Of a stretch of 64,000 bases of DNA, positions 1 through 13,649 are shown piece after piece (within the stretch, counting starts at the first letter, position 1; each line of letters opens with the position of its first letter). This stretch comes from Plasmodiophora brassicae (taxonomy: Eukaryota), in assembly GCA_036867785.1 (NCBI GenBank), contig CP145414.1, forward strand, positions 496,001 through 560,000, read 5' to 3'. The notes under the pieces are model-generated. The model was not told the DNA's origin, did not search any database, and saw only the letters and a list, made by a program, of their open reading frames with translations. A program made the translations under genes and the position numbers.

Positions 1-908
1 CTCGTCAACGAAAACTTCCTTCACGCCTCGACGGTCACCAGCAAGCCAAACCCGCCAGACGCGACGCCCGTAGGTTTCGGCAACAAGGACGAATGACCCA
101 TCATGGGCAACAGCGACCCCATTCGCAAATTGAAGCTGATCAATAACAATACGAGTGTCCCCCGTTGCAGGATCCACACGAAGCAGGCGTCCAGCAGGAT
201 AGCCAAACATGAGGTCGATTTTCGACGTGTGCAGGGTGCTAACATGCCCGTACACGTCGACGGTCGACGACAGGTTGGTCGCATCCGAGAAGTAGATGTC
301 TCCGTTAGGGGCCACGTCGACGTCATTAGCATAAACGATTCGCGACTTCAGCAGGTCCGTTGTCCTCTTTGCAACAACAGTAACCTGTTCACTACGCTAA
401 GCGTACGATAACGTGAGCCACAGATCAAACGCCCTGCCTGTTTCGAATGCTTGTCGACGCGGATGAGGCCTTGCGTCGGCTCGCAGACAAGAAGGTGGCC
501 ATCCTTGTCGAACGCTAAACCAAGAGGACGCCCGCCAACAAACGCCCATTCCGTCGCATGGCCAGAACTGGGATCCACCTGACGTCAGATATCGTCATCA
601 TCAGCTGCCACAACGTCCCGAGCACAACACGCCTTCCAGATAAACCCATCAGAGGAGCCGCCACACACAGCACCGTCGCCATCGACAATAACGGACTCGG
701 GCTGTTTCACACGACCTTGCGCGATCGTGCGGAACCCAGCACCGAAGTCGCCGCGCTCCGCGAACCGGGCATCGCTGGGGTCCGGCCACTGCTGTACGGG
801 CGCGGCGGGCGAGACGGGAACTCGCCCCACATGCACGAGGCACACGGCGCTGATGACCGACACGGCCAGGCCAGACAGGACCGCACATGACGACGAGGCC
901 GCCCGCAT
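1..908 (-). CDS. Strictosidine synthase-like / APMAP-like beta-propeller protein (3' end outside window)
   Basis: Spliced translation: N-terminal hydrophobic anchor, then QPESVIVD, GGRPLGLAFDKDGHLLVCE, YANDVDVAPNGDIYFSDA, GRLLRVDP and QFANGVAVAHDGSFVLVAET. Introns at 579-632 and 385-437. Confidence 0.88.
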
Positions 909-1093
909 TTTGGACGAGTGTACACGTTTGTGGCGACGACAGGCCGGCCACAGTCCACAGACCAGTTATGGCGATATATTAGGGAGTGACTGACCCAGTT
1001 GCGTACTTACGAAGCCTGGCCGTTGCGATGAGCGACGCCGGATCCGGCACTGGCAGCAGCAGTACTCAAATGTTTCGCGACCACCCGGGCACC

Positions 1094-1402
1094 CTATAGT
1101 TGGCCAGAATCTAAGGGCCGTGTTTCTATCAACCGGACGGATGAAACGACCTCTTGTTCCGATGCTTTCACGTAGCCCAGGGTCTGTTCCTGTTTCGCGG
1201 CATTGTTCTTGAGAAGCTCGTTGAGCACCATCCGAGGCGTCACAGCCTTGTTGGCCTCGGCGTATTGCCGAAGGCGCTCGCGTTCGGCGATCACCGCCTC
1301 ATACTCAGCGACGCCGATCGAACGCGTCATATTCCACAGCTCGACCGGAGTCCTGATCGGCCAGAGAAGCGCCCTCCATACGGCGCGCAGCGCGGACGCC
1401 AT
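1094..1402 (-). CDS. Small hypothetical protein (102 aa), head-to-head with CEP135
   Basis: ATG at 1402 opens MASALRAVWRALLWPIRTPVELWNMTRSIGVAEYEAVIAERERLRQYAE...; protein-like composition with a short coiled-coil; no recognised family. Confidence 0.5.
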   Translation of the reverse strand: MASALRAVWRALLWPIRTPVELWNMTRSIGVAEYEAVIAERERLRQYAEANKAVTPRMVLNELLKNNAAKQEQTLGYVKASEQEVVSSVRLIETRPLDSGQL

Positions 1403-1548
1403 CCTGCTGAGCCCACCTTCCTTCCAACAGTTTTTGCACAAACTGCCGGTGATGCAAAACGTGCAAGGGCGATTTTTTGGACCACGGTTTTCCTGGGCAG
1501 AGAAACGTCGATCCGGTTGCGGTCTGTCGCTGTCGGCATCGGTGTCGC

Positions 1549-4500
1549 ATGGATGCCGAATTCCTGGCGCTGCGCCGCCGCCTGGAGGACGCCGGATACG
1601 ATGCGCCACTAGGCATCGATTCGTTCGCGCTCGTGCGGACGCTGTTCGCCGATCTGGAGCAGACTCGGATCGCGCGCGATGACGCGTTGGCGGATGCCGC
1701 CAACGACGAACAGCAACGGCAGTCGCAAGCGGAAACGGTCTGCAGGGCAAACAAGTATCCGCTATGTCGTATACTTACGACGATGTTTGCGTCGTCAGAT
1801 TGCGACGCTGAGACGCGAAAACCGGACATTGATTGAAGCGAACAATAAGTTGCACAGTGATGTGGTGGCTGCGACTGAGCAGATGGATGCTCTGGAGCGG
1901 AAGACGCGATCGGAGCTGACGGAAGCGCATAATGCCGCCAACAACTATCGCTATCAGCTGAATACGCAGTCGTTTCGCGTCAAGGCCCAGGAGACCGATA
2001 TTGCGCGCCTGAAGCATAAGATCACTGTTCTACTTGAACGATCTCAAGCTTTCTCTCAGGCGGACTTGGGTGGGACGGTTTGTCTGCTACTGTTTCGGTG
2101 CTCTAAAACATTGGTTAGCGCGAGCTGGATCAAAGCAAGCAATAGACTTGGTTGACCTCCCCCAGGGTATGACGTGTTGTAGTCGTGCTGTCTGTAGCTG
2201 TTATTCTTTCTTACATGAAATAGATTCAGACCACGATGACGACGATACTCGCTCTGCGCCGGGAAAGAGCGCCGCGGGCGACCACGATGAAGTTGCTCGA
2301 TTGCTGGAAATTGCGCAATCAAAGATAAACGCTCTCGAAGCCCAGGCTGTACGCTCTCAGGAGCAGTACAATGCTCTGCTCGGCGAGAAGGAGGTTGGTA
2401 CTTGTTTCGCAGCCACCTTATATTGGTACTGATGTTGGTCAGGCACTTATGCGATCCATTGCCCTGAAGGAAAAAGAAATCGAAAGGCTTTCAGCATCTC
2501 CGGATTCTTCCCTGAAGATCGGCAGTGCGAATGAGGAGAATCTACAGCTGAATCAACAAGTTGATTTCTTAACGCAGGAAATGGTGACCCTCGAATCGCA
2601 ATTGAAGCGCTACAGGTATGGGGCCTGCTGCCACAACCAGGAGGCCGTATCAATGACAAGCGTTAAACTAGGGCGATGGAGCCACTTGTCCAGGAACTCC
2701 AAGAGCAACGTGATAAGGTTGCTTTGCGGCTGGACGAAGTTGAACAGGAAAATGCCAAACTTCGGGAGGAAATTTCAGCCGCACAAAAGTCAGTCCGGGA
2801 GCTCACCGACGAGAAGGAGCGCGACCTGGCTAACAGCAAGTATGTTTGTCATGTCCATCAACCTGCGAAGACTAACATCGACTGCAGACAGCGTATTCCT
2901 CGAGCAGTACGCGATCTTGAAGCGGCGCATAAAACAAACCGTCGCTTGGAGCAACAGATCAAAAACTTACAGAAGCAGAAGGAAGAAGCAGAAAAGGAAC
3001 ATGAGCGGATCAAGCAGATCTACCAGTCATATACCTCAGACAAAACCATGTTGTCTTCGTTGATAGACGAAGCCGAAAAACGCGCGTCTAGCGCGACATC
3101 TGAGTCTGATCGGCTCCGCGAAGAACTGCGTTCCTGCTCTACCGAACTTGCTGGTCTCAAGCAGACAATCCAAGACCGGGACAGCATGCTGGAAGCGCTT
3201 CGTCAGGAGCTGCAGATGCATCGTGACACGATTGCAAGACAGCAGATTGAGACCAGCGCTGCTGAGAAACAGTGCGATGAGCTACGGTCACAAATATCGA
3301 ATCTGGAAGCGACCATTGAAACCCTATCGAACGACAGTCATGCGCTCAGCGACCAGTTAGCTCAAACGATCAACGACAACAACGCACTTCGCGCTACCAT
3401 ACAAGACTGCAAAACCGCCGAATCCAAAGATGCACAGAACGCTGCTGTCGACCAGAATTCACTTCAACGCCAAACCGTGATCATCCGGTCATTGCAGTCA
3501 GAGCGTGATGAGTATCGGTGAGTATGAGCTCAAATTCTCGCTGATGTGGTCTGACGATTCGTCCCATATAGCAATCAGCTCTCACGTCTAAATGACGAAC
3601 TCGTTCACTTAGCCAACGAGAAGATCACACTTGAGCGTGAACTTGCCGCTGAAAAGTCTGCCAAAAGCCGTATAGGTAAGCCGTCGAACAATTGTCGTCA
3701 GACCTGATCCGGTTCTGAGGAAGTTAACATGGTTAGATTCTGAGCTACAAAAGTCTCTCGCGCAAGAGGAGGCTGCACGTTCTGATCTGGGTGCCCGTGA
3801 CGTCCAGATATTGGACTTGCGAAGGCAGCTTCAAGTTGTTAGCCAGGAAGCTGCTTCGTTGCGTGACACACTTCAGTCGCTGAAAAGCGCTTGCGAGTCC
3901 ACTGGATCGGTGCAAGATCGCATCCGGGAGCTCGCGCTGCACAATGGAGAATTGCAGCGCCAGATAGCTGTATTACAAGAAGAAGCGTCGTTACGGCAAG
4001 ATGCTCTCGAACACGCTGAGCGTTCATTGCGTGAAGCTATTCGCCAGCGAGATGCTCTTACTGTACGACCGTTGCTTGTGTCAGTTTGTCTGCTAACCGC
4101 GTGCATTGCAGGTTGTGCTGCGCGAAGTTGATGCCCGTCAAGTCTCGACTCAGATCCAGGTCTTAGTCCGATTGCATTGCTCTTCACAGGTGAGCTGAAA
4201 AACCTTGATGCCTTCAATAGGTCGAGAACTTGATTCGTGAACGAGACGACTTGAAATTCCGTAACAGCCAGTTGACGCATGAGCTTAACGTTCGTGGGCA
4301 CCGCGAACTGGACTTGGATGCGCGTCGTGAATCAGATTACCAGGTTTGCCACATAACTCAAAAAAGCAATGCTGTTCTTGAAGACTCATGAGTTTTAGCT
4401 CTTGACGAGGCTTCAGCAAGACAACGCATTGCTTGTCGCTGCAATGAAGGAGTTCGAGCAAAACAAGCGAGACCATGAGTCTTCGCTGCGTCAGTTGCGT

Positions 4501-6713
4501 AACGAGATCGGTGATCTCCAGGTGAAAACCCGTTATCGTATGGTGTCTGTTCGCGCGCGTATTGACAGTTGGCGTCAGGTATCACGCGACAAGCTTTCCA
4601 AGGAGCTTCAGACAGAACGGAAGTCCAGAACGCAAACGTCAATCCGAAACGGAGAACTTCAAGGCGCCCTTGACGTTGCTCACAAAGAAACGGCAAGAGC
4701 CCTCGCCCAAGTTGCCGCCCTCCAGAAGGAATTGGATTCGCAGCGAGGTTCACTTGGAACGGCCTCTATGCTATCGTTAGATCCATGACACCGTTGCAGG
4801 CATTATATCCCAGCTTCGTTCTGAATCAGACCAGTTACGTTCTTTGATATCGCAGCTCGAATCAGTGAAGACTACAGAAGCAGCAGAAGCCGCAAGGTTG
4901 CGCTCTGCTTTGCAGGTTAGCGAATCGTCTGGGCTCATGCGAGTATGCGTATAACACCTCTACGGCAGGCCAGTCAAGCTAATGTGCAACAACTAGAGCA
5001 GCAACTGCATGGCCTTAACGAGCATCATGACTCCCTTCGTGCTCAAGTTGACAAGTTGCATAGTGCTGCACAGGTTCGTGAGACGTTATGCTGCCCTTTT
5101 TTGGTAGCTGATGGTTCTACAGTCTCTCGATGGCGATCGTGATCGCTTAACGCATGCAATAGACGAAAAGTGCGAACAAATCGCGTCTTTGCACTCCCAA
5201 ATCAAGCAAGATGAGGTACTCAATTTAAAAGCGCTTGCACATTGATTCTCCTCTTACATTGCCCTTCAACAGGAGTCACTTATGGCTTCTCAGGCTACGA
5301 TCAATGACCTTCAAGCGCAGCTTATGCAGCGCTCCCGAGAACTTGACCATGTACAGTCATCTCGTCAGGAGCTATCGCAGCAGCTCGAAGCGATCCAGTT
5401 ACACTGTCAGTCGCTCGAGTCTCAGGTCCGATGTCTTGGGATGATTTTGTCCATTGTTCTGAGCCCGTTGTTAGTTGCAACTGAAGAATGGCGAAGTCCA
5501 AGCGCTTTCCGAAGACCTGGCTAACATGGCCAAGGAGGTATAGACCGTACTGGGCCGGCATTGTTCATTAGCGTGACACCCGTTCTAGAACCAATTTGTT
5601 AACGGAGAACTTGCTGCTGCGGTCCAGGAAAGGGACGCTAAATCGCAAGAGTCTGCGGCCGCGGTCAGTAAGATCATGTATCTCGAAGAGCTTCTACGCA
5701 TCCAGAAACGGTAGCGGTCCCTTGAGACTGCAAGAACGTTCTAACCTGCTGGTATAGTGAGAAAGAGGATCTGTTGACCAACTATCGGATGCTGTGCAAT
5801 GAAAACAAGCGGCTGCTAGAAACTGCCAATGAGGTAATTTTCGGTGTCATCCGGCTTGCTGGGTTGTCTAATAGTGTGACTGTTGCAGCTGGATGGGCGA
5901 TGCCAAACCCAACAACTCGAGCTGCACAGGCTCCATGAAATATCGGTCAATGCGGAAACCCAATCTCAACGGCTCAATGAAACGAATGGGCAGTTGAGCG
6001 TTGACGTCGAACAGTACCAACGGCAACTGGAGAACCTGACCAGATCCGTTGCAACACTGCAAGGTTGGTCAATGCCACGAGCTGCTAGATGCGAACCAAA
6101 ATTGTCGCTCAGAGCAATTGGAACAAACGAGGCAAGAGCGACAGGCACTGCTTGAGGACCTTACTTCGACCAGGTCATTGTCCGTCGGTTTAGAGACGGA
6201 TAGGTCGCAGATGCAGCGGCGATTGCTGCTGGATCAAGAGTTCAAGACTACGATGGAGAAATCACTGAAGGAATCTCAGGATCGCGCACAAGTTCAGAAG
6301 CAGCAAACCGAGTACGACTCTCGTCCACGGCCGACTCGGGTGCATTCTAAGGCAAACCTTTGTAGCTTGTATAGGCGTCGCGTCCAAGAGCTTGAAGAGT
6401 TGCTTGCTCAACAGCGCAGTCAGAGCGTTGCGGTCAGTGACGAGTAATTTGCATGTGGTTGATCTGAATTCTAATGTTGTGCTGTGTTCAGTCGCAGCTT
6501 AGTTCCTCTAGCGGCGACGTCCACGATGACGGCAGGGTTGCCGCTCTCGAGCGCGAGAACGCTCGGCTGAAACAGTTCATTGTCGAATACGAGGTTAAGT
6601 TGTCGTCGCAGGAACGCGCCGCCTCTGTGCCACCTGGTGGTGGTGGTGACAAGTCGCCTATATCTTCGGTATCTGGCGACATAGGCAAGGAGGAGTCGCT
6701 TGGCAATGTTTAA
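1549..6713 (+). CDS. CEP135: Centriolar cartwheel protein CEP135/Bld10-like, multi-exon coiled-coil
   Basis: N-terminus MDAEFLALRRRLEDAGYDAPLGIDSFALVRTLFADL resembles the CEP135 N-terminal motif (R.RLD.LGY...L....LV..LF.DL); followed by ~5 kb of heptad-rich exons separated by short GT-AG introns. Confidence 0.8.
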
Positions 6714-7009
6714 TATTGTACAGTAATTATGCGATGCGGCAAACCGTTGTACAATGTTTGTGCAGCAGTACTTTGTAGTTCTCTGCAAGTGAACGAAACC
6801 GAGGCGGCTGGCATTTATAGCATTCGAGGTTCAGTCGGAATTCAGTTCGCGTCTTTCGGTGTAGACGGCGTTGCCTTGGGCGAGGATGCGCCTTCGGCGG
6901 GTTGTGCGGTGCTCTCTGGAAGGCTTGCGCGCCGTAAATGTTCTTGCAGATCGAGATGGCTAGCAGATTTGCGGACCTAGACGACACGTTGGTAAGGCAC
7001 GATCATTAT

Positions 7010-9594
7010 CTACATCGGTTCACGGATCAGCACCTCTCCAAGCGCCAACGCGATTTCGTCGAGTCGCTTGTTGAGATGCGGCACATCGCTGAGTTTCTTC
7101 AGAATGTTGGCCTTCTCCTCTTCCAATGACATGCGATGGCCAACGTCAAGCGCAGCGATTTCAACACCGCCGTCGCCATCGAACTGGCAAACGTAGTTGT
7201 GGTACTGCCACAACGACGGCCGATGCGACACAGTCATCAGACTTATTCCTGAACGCACACCTGTAAGCGCCAGACGCGAAGAGTCACGCGAGAAGCCTAC
7301 CCAATTCCGTAGCATGGGTGTACATCAACCCTTCGACGTCAATCGAAACCTGAGATGTGCATTCGTCGAGAATGGCGTATCTGGGCTTGTGGTAGAACAG
7401 TCTGGCCATTGCGACACGCTGCTTTTCACCACCTAGACCAAAAGGTAAGATACATGTACGCCAATGCAATCAAACAAGGTATACCCGATAAAACATCCTT
7501 CCAGTCGCGAATGCTGTCCCAGCCGCCTTCCCGATCCAGAACGTACTGCAGGTGAGCGAACCCCAAGAGACCATACAACTCATCGTCCGTGGCCCCTTTC
7601 GACCGCATCATTTCAACCGTGTCCGGATAGATGATTTGATCGCGGAAGGTGCCGCTGGAAAGGTACGGTCGTTGAGGGATGTAGAACAGGTCTTGGGGCA
7701 TTGGCCGCCGAAGGGTCCCATGCATAACTGGCCAGAGCCCTCCCAGGATCCTGGAGCCCGTCAGTTAAGGCATGACACGCAAAGAGAAAGAACAGCAGTA
7801 CCGGAACAGCGACGATTTCCCACAACCATTGGGACCAGTGATAAGAAGGTTCATCCCCTGGTCAATGACCATTGACATTGAACTGACAAGAAGATCTCCG
7901 TTGGGGGTAATGATAGGCACGTCATCAAATTCAATAGCGCCGGTGCTGAACTCAGTCGCCCCGCCAGTGAACTTAGCTATAGCCTGCTGGTTAACTTCAG
8001 GAATCACCTAAGGCGTCATTCAGTACATGCTCGCAGCTACATAGCATTGGGGCATTGCACCTTCTGGTACACGCCACGGTTGACATCCTCCAGGGTCTCC
8101 AGCAGCGTCATGACCCGGCTCGTGTAACCTGCCAGCTCGCCGATCTCCTTCGTGCTGCTAAGGATCCGGGTGATAGCATCCGCCAGGTTGAGCAAGTAGC
8201 GACGGTTCCGTGTGTAGTCAGCGGTCCGCTCACCAACGCCCTCTGTCCGAAGCCGCGTCAGGAACCCGTCAAGAATACAATCGTCGTCGTGCGGACCTCT
8301 GCCATCCCCATCCGACTTGCCACTCCAGAACACGGGGATCGCACATATAATCAGACCGGTTGCACTGGGGGCACGTAAGAAACGGGTACACGGGGCGAGG
8401 GCGTGCAACGCACCTCGAGACATATTTCAGCGTGAACCCCTCAATTATGCCGAACCCGATCCGCCGGACGATCATGTCCTTGACGTGAACGACAAGGTCT
8501 CGGTAGTGCTTGAGCAGCGTGCTCTTCTCAATCACTTCCCCTTTGTAGAACGCAATCTCCTCCGCGCTTGTAATTAAACGCGCATGGGCTGCTCGATACT
8601 CACCCTCAAGGCGCCCTTCTTCGGCAGCAAGGCGACCGAATGGCGGCGTAATCACAGGCAGAGATAGCCCGTACAGGACGTAGAACGACCTGCGGGAGCA
8701 TCACTAAGCATGTCACTCGCGCTCTGCAAAGGATCTGACCCCATCGTAACGGGACCGATCCACCCGACCGCCATGGCAAGCTGGGTGCCGAACAGGATCA
8801 AGTCCAGAAACGGCTTGGCCAGATTCGAGTACAGTTCAGACAGCGAACTGCTGAAACGTTCGATATCGACCGTGATCAGCTGGTCGGCGTTCTGGATTCG
8901 GGAATCGAGATGGGCCAGCTTGTAGTACGTGTCGTTGCGCAGGTAACTGTGCACGATGACGATTAGCATCGTATCCGTGCCCCCCCAGGTACGAACGTGG
9001 GACCAACCGATCCAGGACGTAGTGGGTCAACTTGGTCCTGACGTGAAGGGCGATACGCGACTGTAGACATCTGATGAACGCGTTGATCGTCGTGGCAGGC
9101 ACGGCCAGAAGCAGCCACCATTGCAGCATGAGGAAGAAACGCTGTTTGTTCCCCGACACGAGCGCCTGAACAGATAGGGAAACATGTTCAGAAGTCGATG
9201 CAGGCCGTCGCCGGCAAGTACGAACCTGAACAATTGCACCGTCCATTCTGGCGACAAGTATGGACACGATGGTACGGCTGAACAGCAACCCGGCCTACGG
9301 CAGGGTGTCTAAGCCGCCGGCGGGTCCGACAGGCCAACCGCACAAACGGACCTGGGTGGTGAGCAAGAAAACCGCCCGCCTGTCGCTGAACGCGATCCTC
9401 ATCAGGTGCCGGAGCGATTTCGTGAATTTGCGGTTCAAGCCGACGACGTCCTTGCCGACGTGCTTGCCGGCGTCACCCGACTCGGCCCGCTTCTTCAGCC
9501 GCGCCTGCTGCCGCCGGATCTGACGCACCACCAGGCCCGTGATCAGCAGCCCCGACCCGCCTTCGCAGACACGCCAGTCAGCTACACGCGCCAT
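7010..9594 (-). CDS. Peroxisomal ABC transporter, subfamily D (half transporter)
   Basis: [22 protein letters not shown] (EAA-like motif), Walker [20 protein letters not shown], signature [19 protein letters not shown], Walker [19 protein letters not shown]. Confidence 0.93.
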
Positions 9595-9947
9595 CGGCGT
9601 AGGCCCACGCGCTCCTCACCTAGCAGGGCGCGGCGCACGACATCGCTCCGCATGCCGTCACGTCCAATGATGAGTGGGGTGCGCGTGCGACCCACACGGC
9701 GGACTGCGCCGTCGAACTTCCCCCCCAACGGTGCGTGCCACTGCCACAACCACTTACAGCGGCTGCGGCTGGCCCACGCACTGCGCGGAATGTGCCCCCC
9801 GCCGCTGCCGAATCGTCGTCCTCGGTGTTCCCGAATACCTAACAGTGTCCCGGCACCCTAATGCCTGAACCGATTCGTCAATGTCGACGGTGGAGAACGC
9901 GGCCGGTGTATTCGGGAAGCCTTGTCGAGCAGGACGACGGGTTTGGC

Positions 9948-11726
9948 TCAGTTTGACAGGAATCCCATGAACGCCTCCTTGTTCTCGACGGGGCTGGTTG
10001 TCGGGCGCCCGAGGTTCTTGCGGGCACCTGCGTGCGGGCGGTTAGACGGCTACGCGCGGGGAGCGACGATCGATCTGTAGACCTTTCCGAATGCGGATCT
10101 CGAGGAACGCCGGGCCCTTGGCTTCTCGGAGCTCTTTGAGAGCGGCGACCACCTCGTCTTCGGTGGTTGCCGTTGCTGCGGACGAGTACCCAACGGCGAG
10201 GGCAATCTTTGCGAAATCGATGCCGAATGCTCCAGTGGGCTGCCCACCAACTATATCGGCGTTGTGTCAGGTTGCCAGTCGGGTGGCACAAACGCGATCG
10301 GGGACTGCACCTGAATCGTGTGCTCCGTTATTGAAGAGGACGTGCTTGTAGTTAGGGCACTTGCGAAGGCCAACGGTGCACATCGACCCCAAGTGCATAA
10401 TCGCCGCACCATCGCCATCCAGACACCACACCTACAGGCACTCATCAAACAGGACTGGAACGAGCAATACCATTACGCGCACCTGTCGAGAAGGCTTTCC
10501 CATGGCAATGCCAAGTGCGATCGCCGAGGAGTGCCCCATCGACCCAACGGTCAAGAAGTCGCGGTCGTGCATGGCCTTCTCTCGTGCGCGGATTTCGAAC
10601 AGTTCTCGCGATGCAAACCCTGGTGTTGAACCCGTCACTAGAAGCGCCTACCGACATGCCACCCTTGCCTACCGGTCGTTGCCACGAACACGTCCCATGG
10701 CGATGCAATGGACAGGACTTTCTCAATGGCTTGTTCCCGAGACAGCGCGTTCGGGAGGTCGCCTGCGAGCACATGTTGGAAACAGGCTCTCGTGGTAGGC
10801 CTCACCGACCTTCCGTGTTCTTCAGCTTGTAGGGAGCGAAACATTGACGACGGACAAGCAGAGCGTAGGGCGCTTGCCGGGAACTCATGGAGTGCATCGC
10901 TGTGTCGATGGCATTAACCGCGCCTGCAAGAGCGAATTCAATTGCGGCAACCGATTTTACAGGTGACCACAAGACCTTCGAGGAAGTCTGGAAGGACCTG
11001 AAACGGGATATTCAGGTCCGCTAGGAGAGACGGTGTGATCCGCCCTTGGACGAGATGTTGGCATTCGTCACGCTTCCCGGGCTCGCCTGGTCGACACCAA
11101 TCCGTCAGCCGGCGACTTGGAGAACGTCCCTACGATTGCGAACCTCGCCACCCGACAAGGAGCAGCATGGGGATCGAGTACACAGCAGGGTCGGCAAGCG
11201 ACACCAGCGGGTTCACCGAGTTCCCGAACCCGGAGTTCTGCATGTACACGATCGGGATCTTCCTCGTCGCCAGATGGTATCCCGCTGCTAGACTGACGGC
11301 AGCGCCCTCATTCGAGCAGATCACGTGCTTATCCGCCTCGGTGTTGTCCTATCCGTTCCTGCCATCAGACGCCCACGCTTGACCATCACGTGCACAGACG
11401 TGACCTGGACGTAAGCGCAGAAATTCTTCAGCAACGAATCGGGAACGCCAGCGAAGAAATCCAGGCCACGAATCTTCAGAAGCGAATGGAAGTCGGACGG
11501 TGGCAGGAAGTCCCTGTGTTGGGGCCGGTTACATACTGAAGCTGGCGGCCGCACGACTGGACCAGGCTCACCGAACGGTTTCCGACAGAGCGGATTCCGA
11601 GTCGAGCTCTGGCGTCTTCGAGCCGGTCGTCGAGCCCGACGCCGTCGTCTGCGCGAACGCGTGCGGCATGGTGACCAATCGGGGCGTACGCGTTGACAAA
11701 TACCGCCGAGCAATACCGAGCAACAT
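9948..11726 (-). CDS. aepY: Phosphonopyruvate decarboxylase (TPP-dependent, single chain) with putative mitochondrial presequence
   Basis: [91 protein letters not shown] and C-terminal [22 protein letters not shown]-terminus [17 protein letters not shown] is Arg-rich and acid-free. Confidence 0.9.
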
Positions 11727-11967
11727 GACACGGGCGCTAGAGAAGCGAAACCCGGCCGAACAACCGAATGGCGAGGCCAACAGCCAAGACCTAAGAGAAT
11801 AGGGAGGCGCCACCCCAGGCCGACCGTCTGAGACTGCAAGGGGCTAGGAGGTTGCAAACCCAACCCAGCACAGCAGAGGAACGCGACACGTTACGGCAAG
11901 CGAAACCGGCCAAAGCGTTGGAGTGTACTACGTATTCTCTAAAATCTGGGCTGATCAGAAACGCCGG

Positions 11968-13467
11968 TTACAGTTCGTCCTTCGAGCCCGCGTGCCCCTC
12001 GTCCTTCCGGTCCGTCTCGTTCGGGAACGCGGCGAGCAGTTCTACGACGTGGTCGCAATGAGAACACTGAACGGCAGACGCCCGGAAAACATTCGGCAAC
12101 GCTGTGGAACCCGTCCGCCGAATGAGGCAAATTCGCACAAACGATGCAATTGACGACTAACCATTTCGCTGTTGCTCGGTGAGCGAGCTGGGGAACTTCA
12201 CGTGATACTCTACGGTCAACAGTCCGCGCTCGGAAGGGAAGTCCTTGATGGGCATCCCCTCGCCTGGAATCTCCTCCCGGAACCCGTGCGGTGTGATCTT
12301 GCCCTTTCTGTCAATGGAGACCTTGTGCCCATCAAGGTGCTCAAATGTACGCGTGAACCCGAGCAGAGCGTCCCGAAGCGAGATCACCATAGTTCTCACG
12401 AGATCGGTCGCACTAACCCGTTGGAAACTAAATACACCACACAGCGTCAGCAGGCAGCGGGACCAGCAAATGCCAAATGCAATCCATTACTGTTTGTGAG
12501 GTTGCGGTCGTAGAACGACGATAACATGCCCAGGCAGCTGTCCGATTGCCTGCTGACTTGCCCGCTCGAAGACAACCTCGTGATTATCCGGCGTTCCTCT
12601 TTCGATCATCAGCTGAAGTTCACGTTCAGCGAGTACCTTCATATGGACGGACAGATGGTTACCTTCAGTTCCTTGGGCTCATTAACAAGCCGAGTGCCGC
12701 CACATACGGGACACTTGTGCTTGAACGACTGGCCCGTCCCATGGCACACCGGACATGGAACCTCCATCTGTACATTGAAACCCGGGGCAAGTTCTTGAAT
12801 GCGATGAGTCTTGCCACGACCATGACATGCTATAAATCGTTATAGGGATCGTCCACAAAGAATTACCAAACGAATAATTGCCTTTGCATTTCACTGTCTG
12901 GGCATTGCGGGCTCCTGTGCCACGACAAGCGCGGCAGACCACCTCACGGTTGATCGTGAACGTCTGCTCGGCACCGTTGTAGAACTGCTCTAGCGTCACT
13001 TTGACTTCGACCCGATAGTCGCCCGATCTTGGCAAGTTCTGCACACCGATTCGCTCCACCTGTTGTTCCGGGTTATGACAATAGATATCGTCTGTCGCTA
13101 CGCAGGCCACACCTGTTTCACACCCTCCAGACCCTGCATATCATACACTGCCCGCAGATCGGGATCTGACAGGACAGCATGGGCCCGCTGAACATTGAGG
13201 AATCGTGTTTGGTCGCTCCCTTGGTCAACCAATAAACATCAGCATCCCTAGCGCGATGCCGTCCGTTTCATACATACCCGGGTTCTTGTCGGGGTGCAAC
13301 TTCAACGACAACTTCCTGAACGCCTTCTTGATGTCGGCATCGGTCGCCTTGTAATCCAACCCGAGTACATCGTACAGATCCAGGTCATCGCTTGGATCGT
13401 GCGCCGAGGCAAGACACGCAACGGCTATGGCTCCGCATGCCACAAGCAGCACGGTCCGGCCCGCCAT
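11968..13467 (-). CDS. ER-lumenal DnaJ/Hsp40 (ERdj3/Scj1-like) with signal peptide and C-terminal KDEL
   Basis: Signal peptide [23 protein letters not shown] domain LYDVLG...LHPDKNPG; CxxCxGxG zinc-finger repeats ([16 protein letters not shown]); C-terminal exon reads [24 protein letters not shown]. Confidence 0.9.
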
Positions 13468-13649
13468 GGTCGCCCGCGCCACGTCAGTCACGGCGAGCGA
13501 TCGGATGCGTCTGACGGCCGCTTCACGGAGTCGCGCTGGCCAAAGCCCGACACAGTCCAAAGCGTCGAACAGGTCTGCCCGGCTTCCAGGCGGCGCGCCC
13601 GCTGGCCTGCGGGATGCTGCCTGTATAACGCGACGTTTATTGACATGCA

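Noticed and set aside
1549-6713. Many stops and frame changes suggesting pseudogenes or an alternative genetic code
   Set aside because: Explained by short GT-AG introns; spliced frames are intact under the standard code.
9948-13467. Possible phosphonate biosynthetic gene cluster
   Set aside because: Neighbours of the decarboxylase are an ABCD transporter and an ER DnaJ; no PEP mutase, transaminase or cytidylyltransferase in the window.
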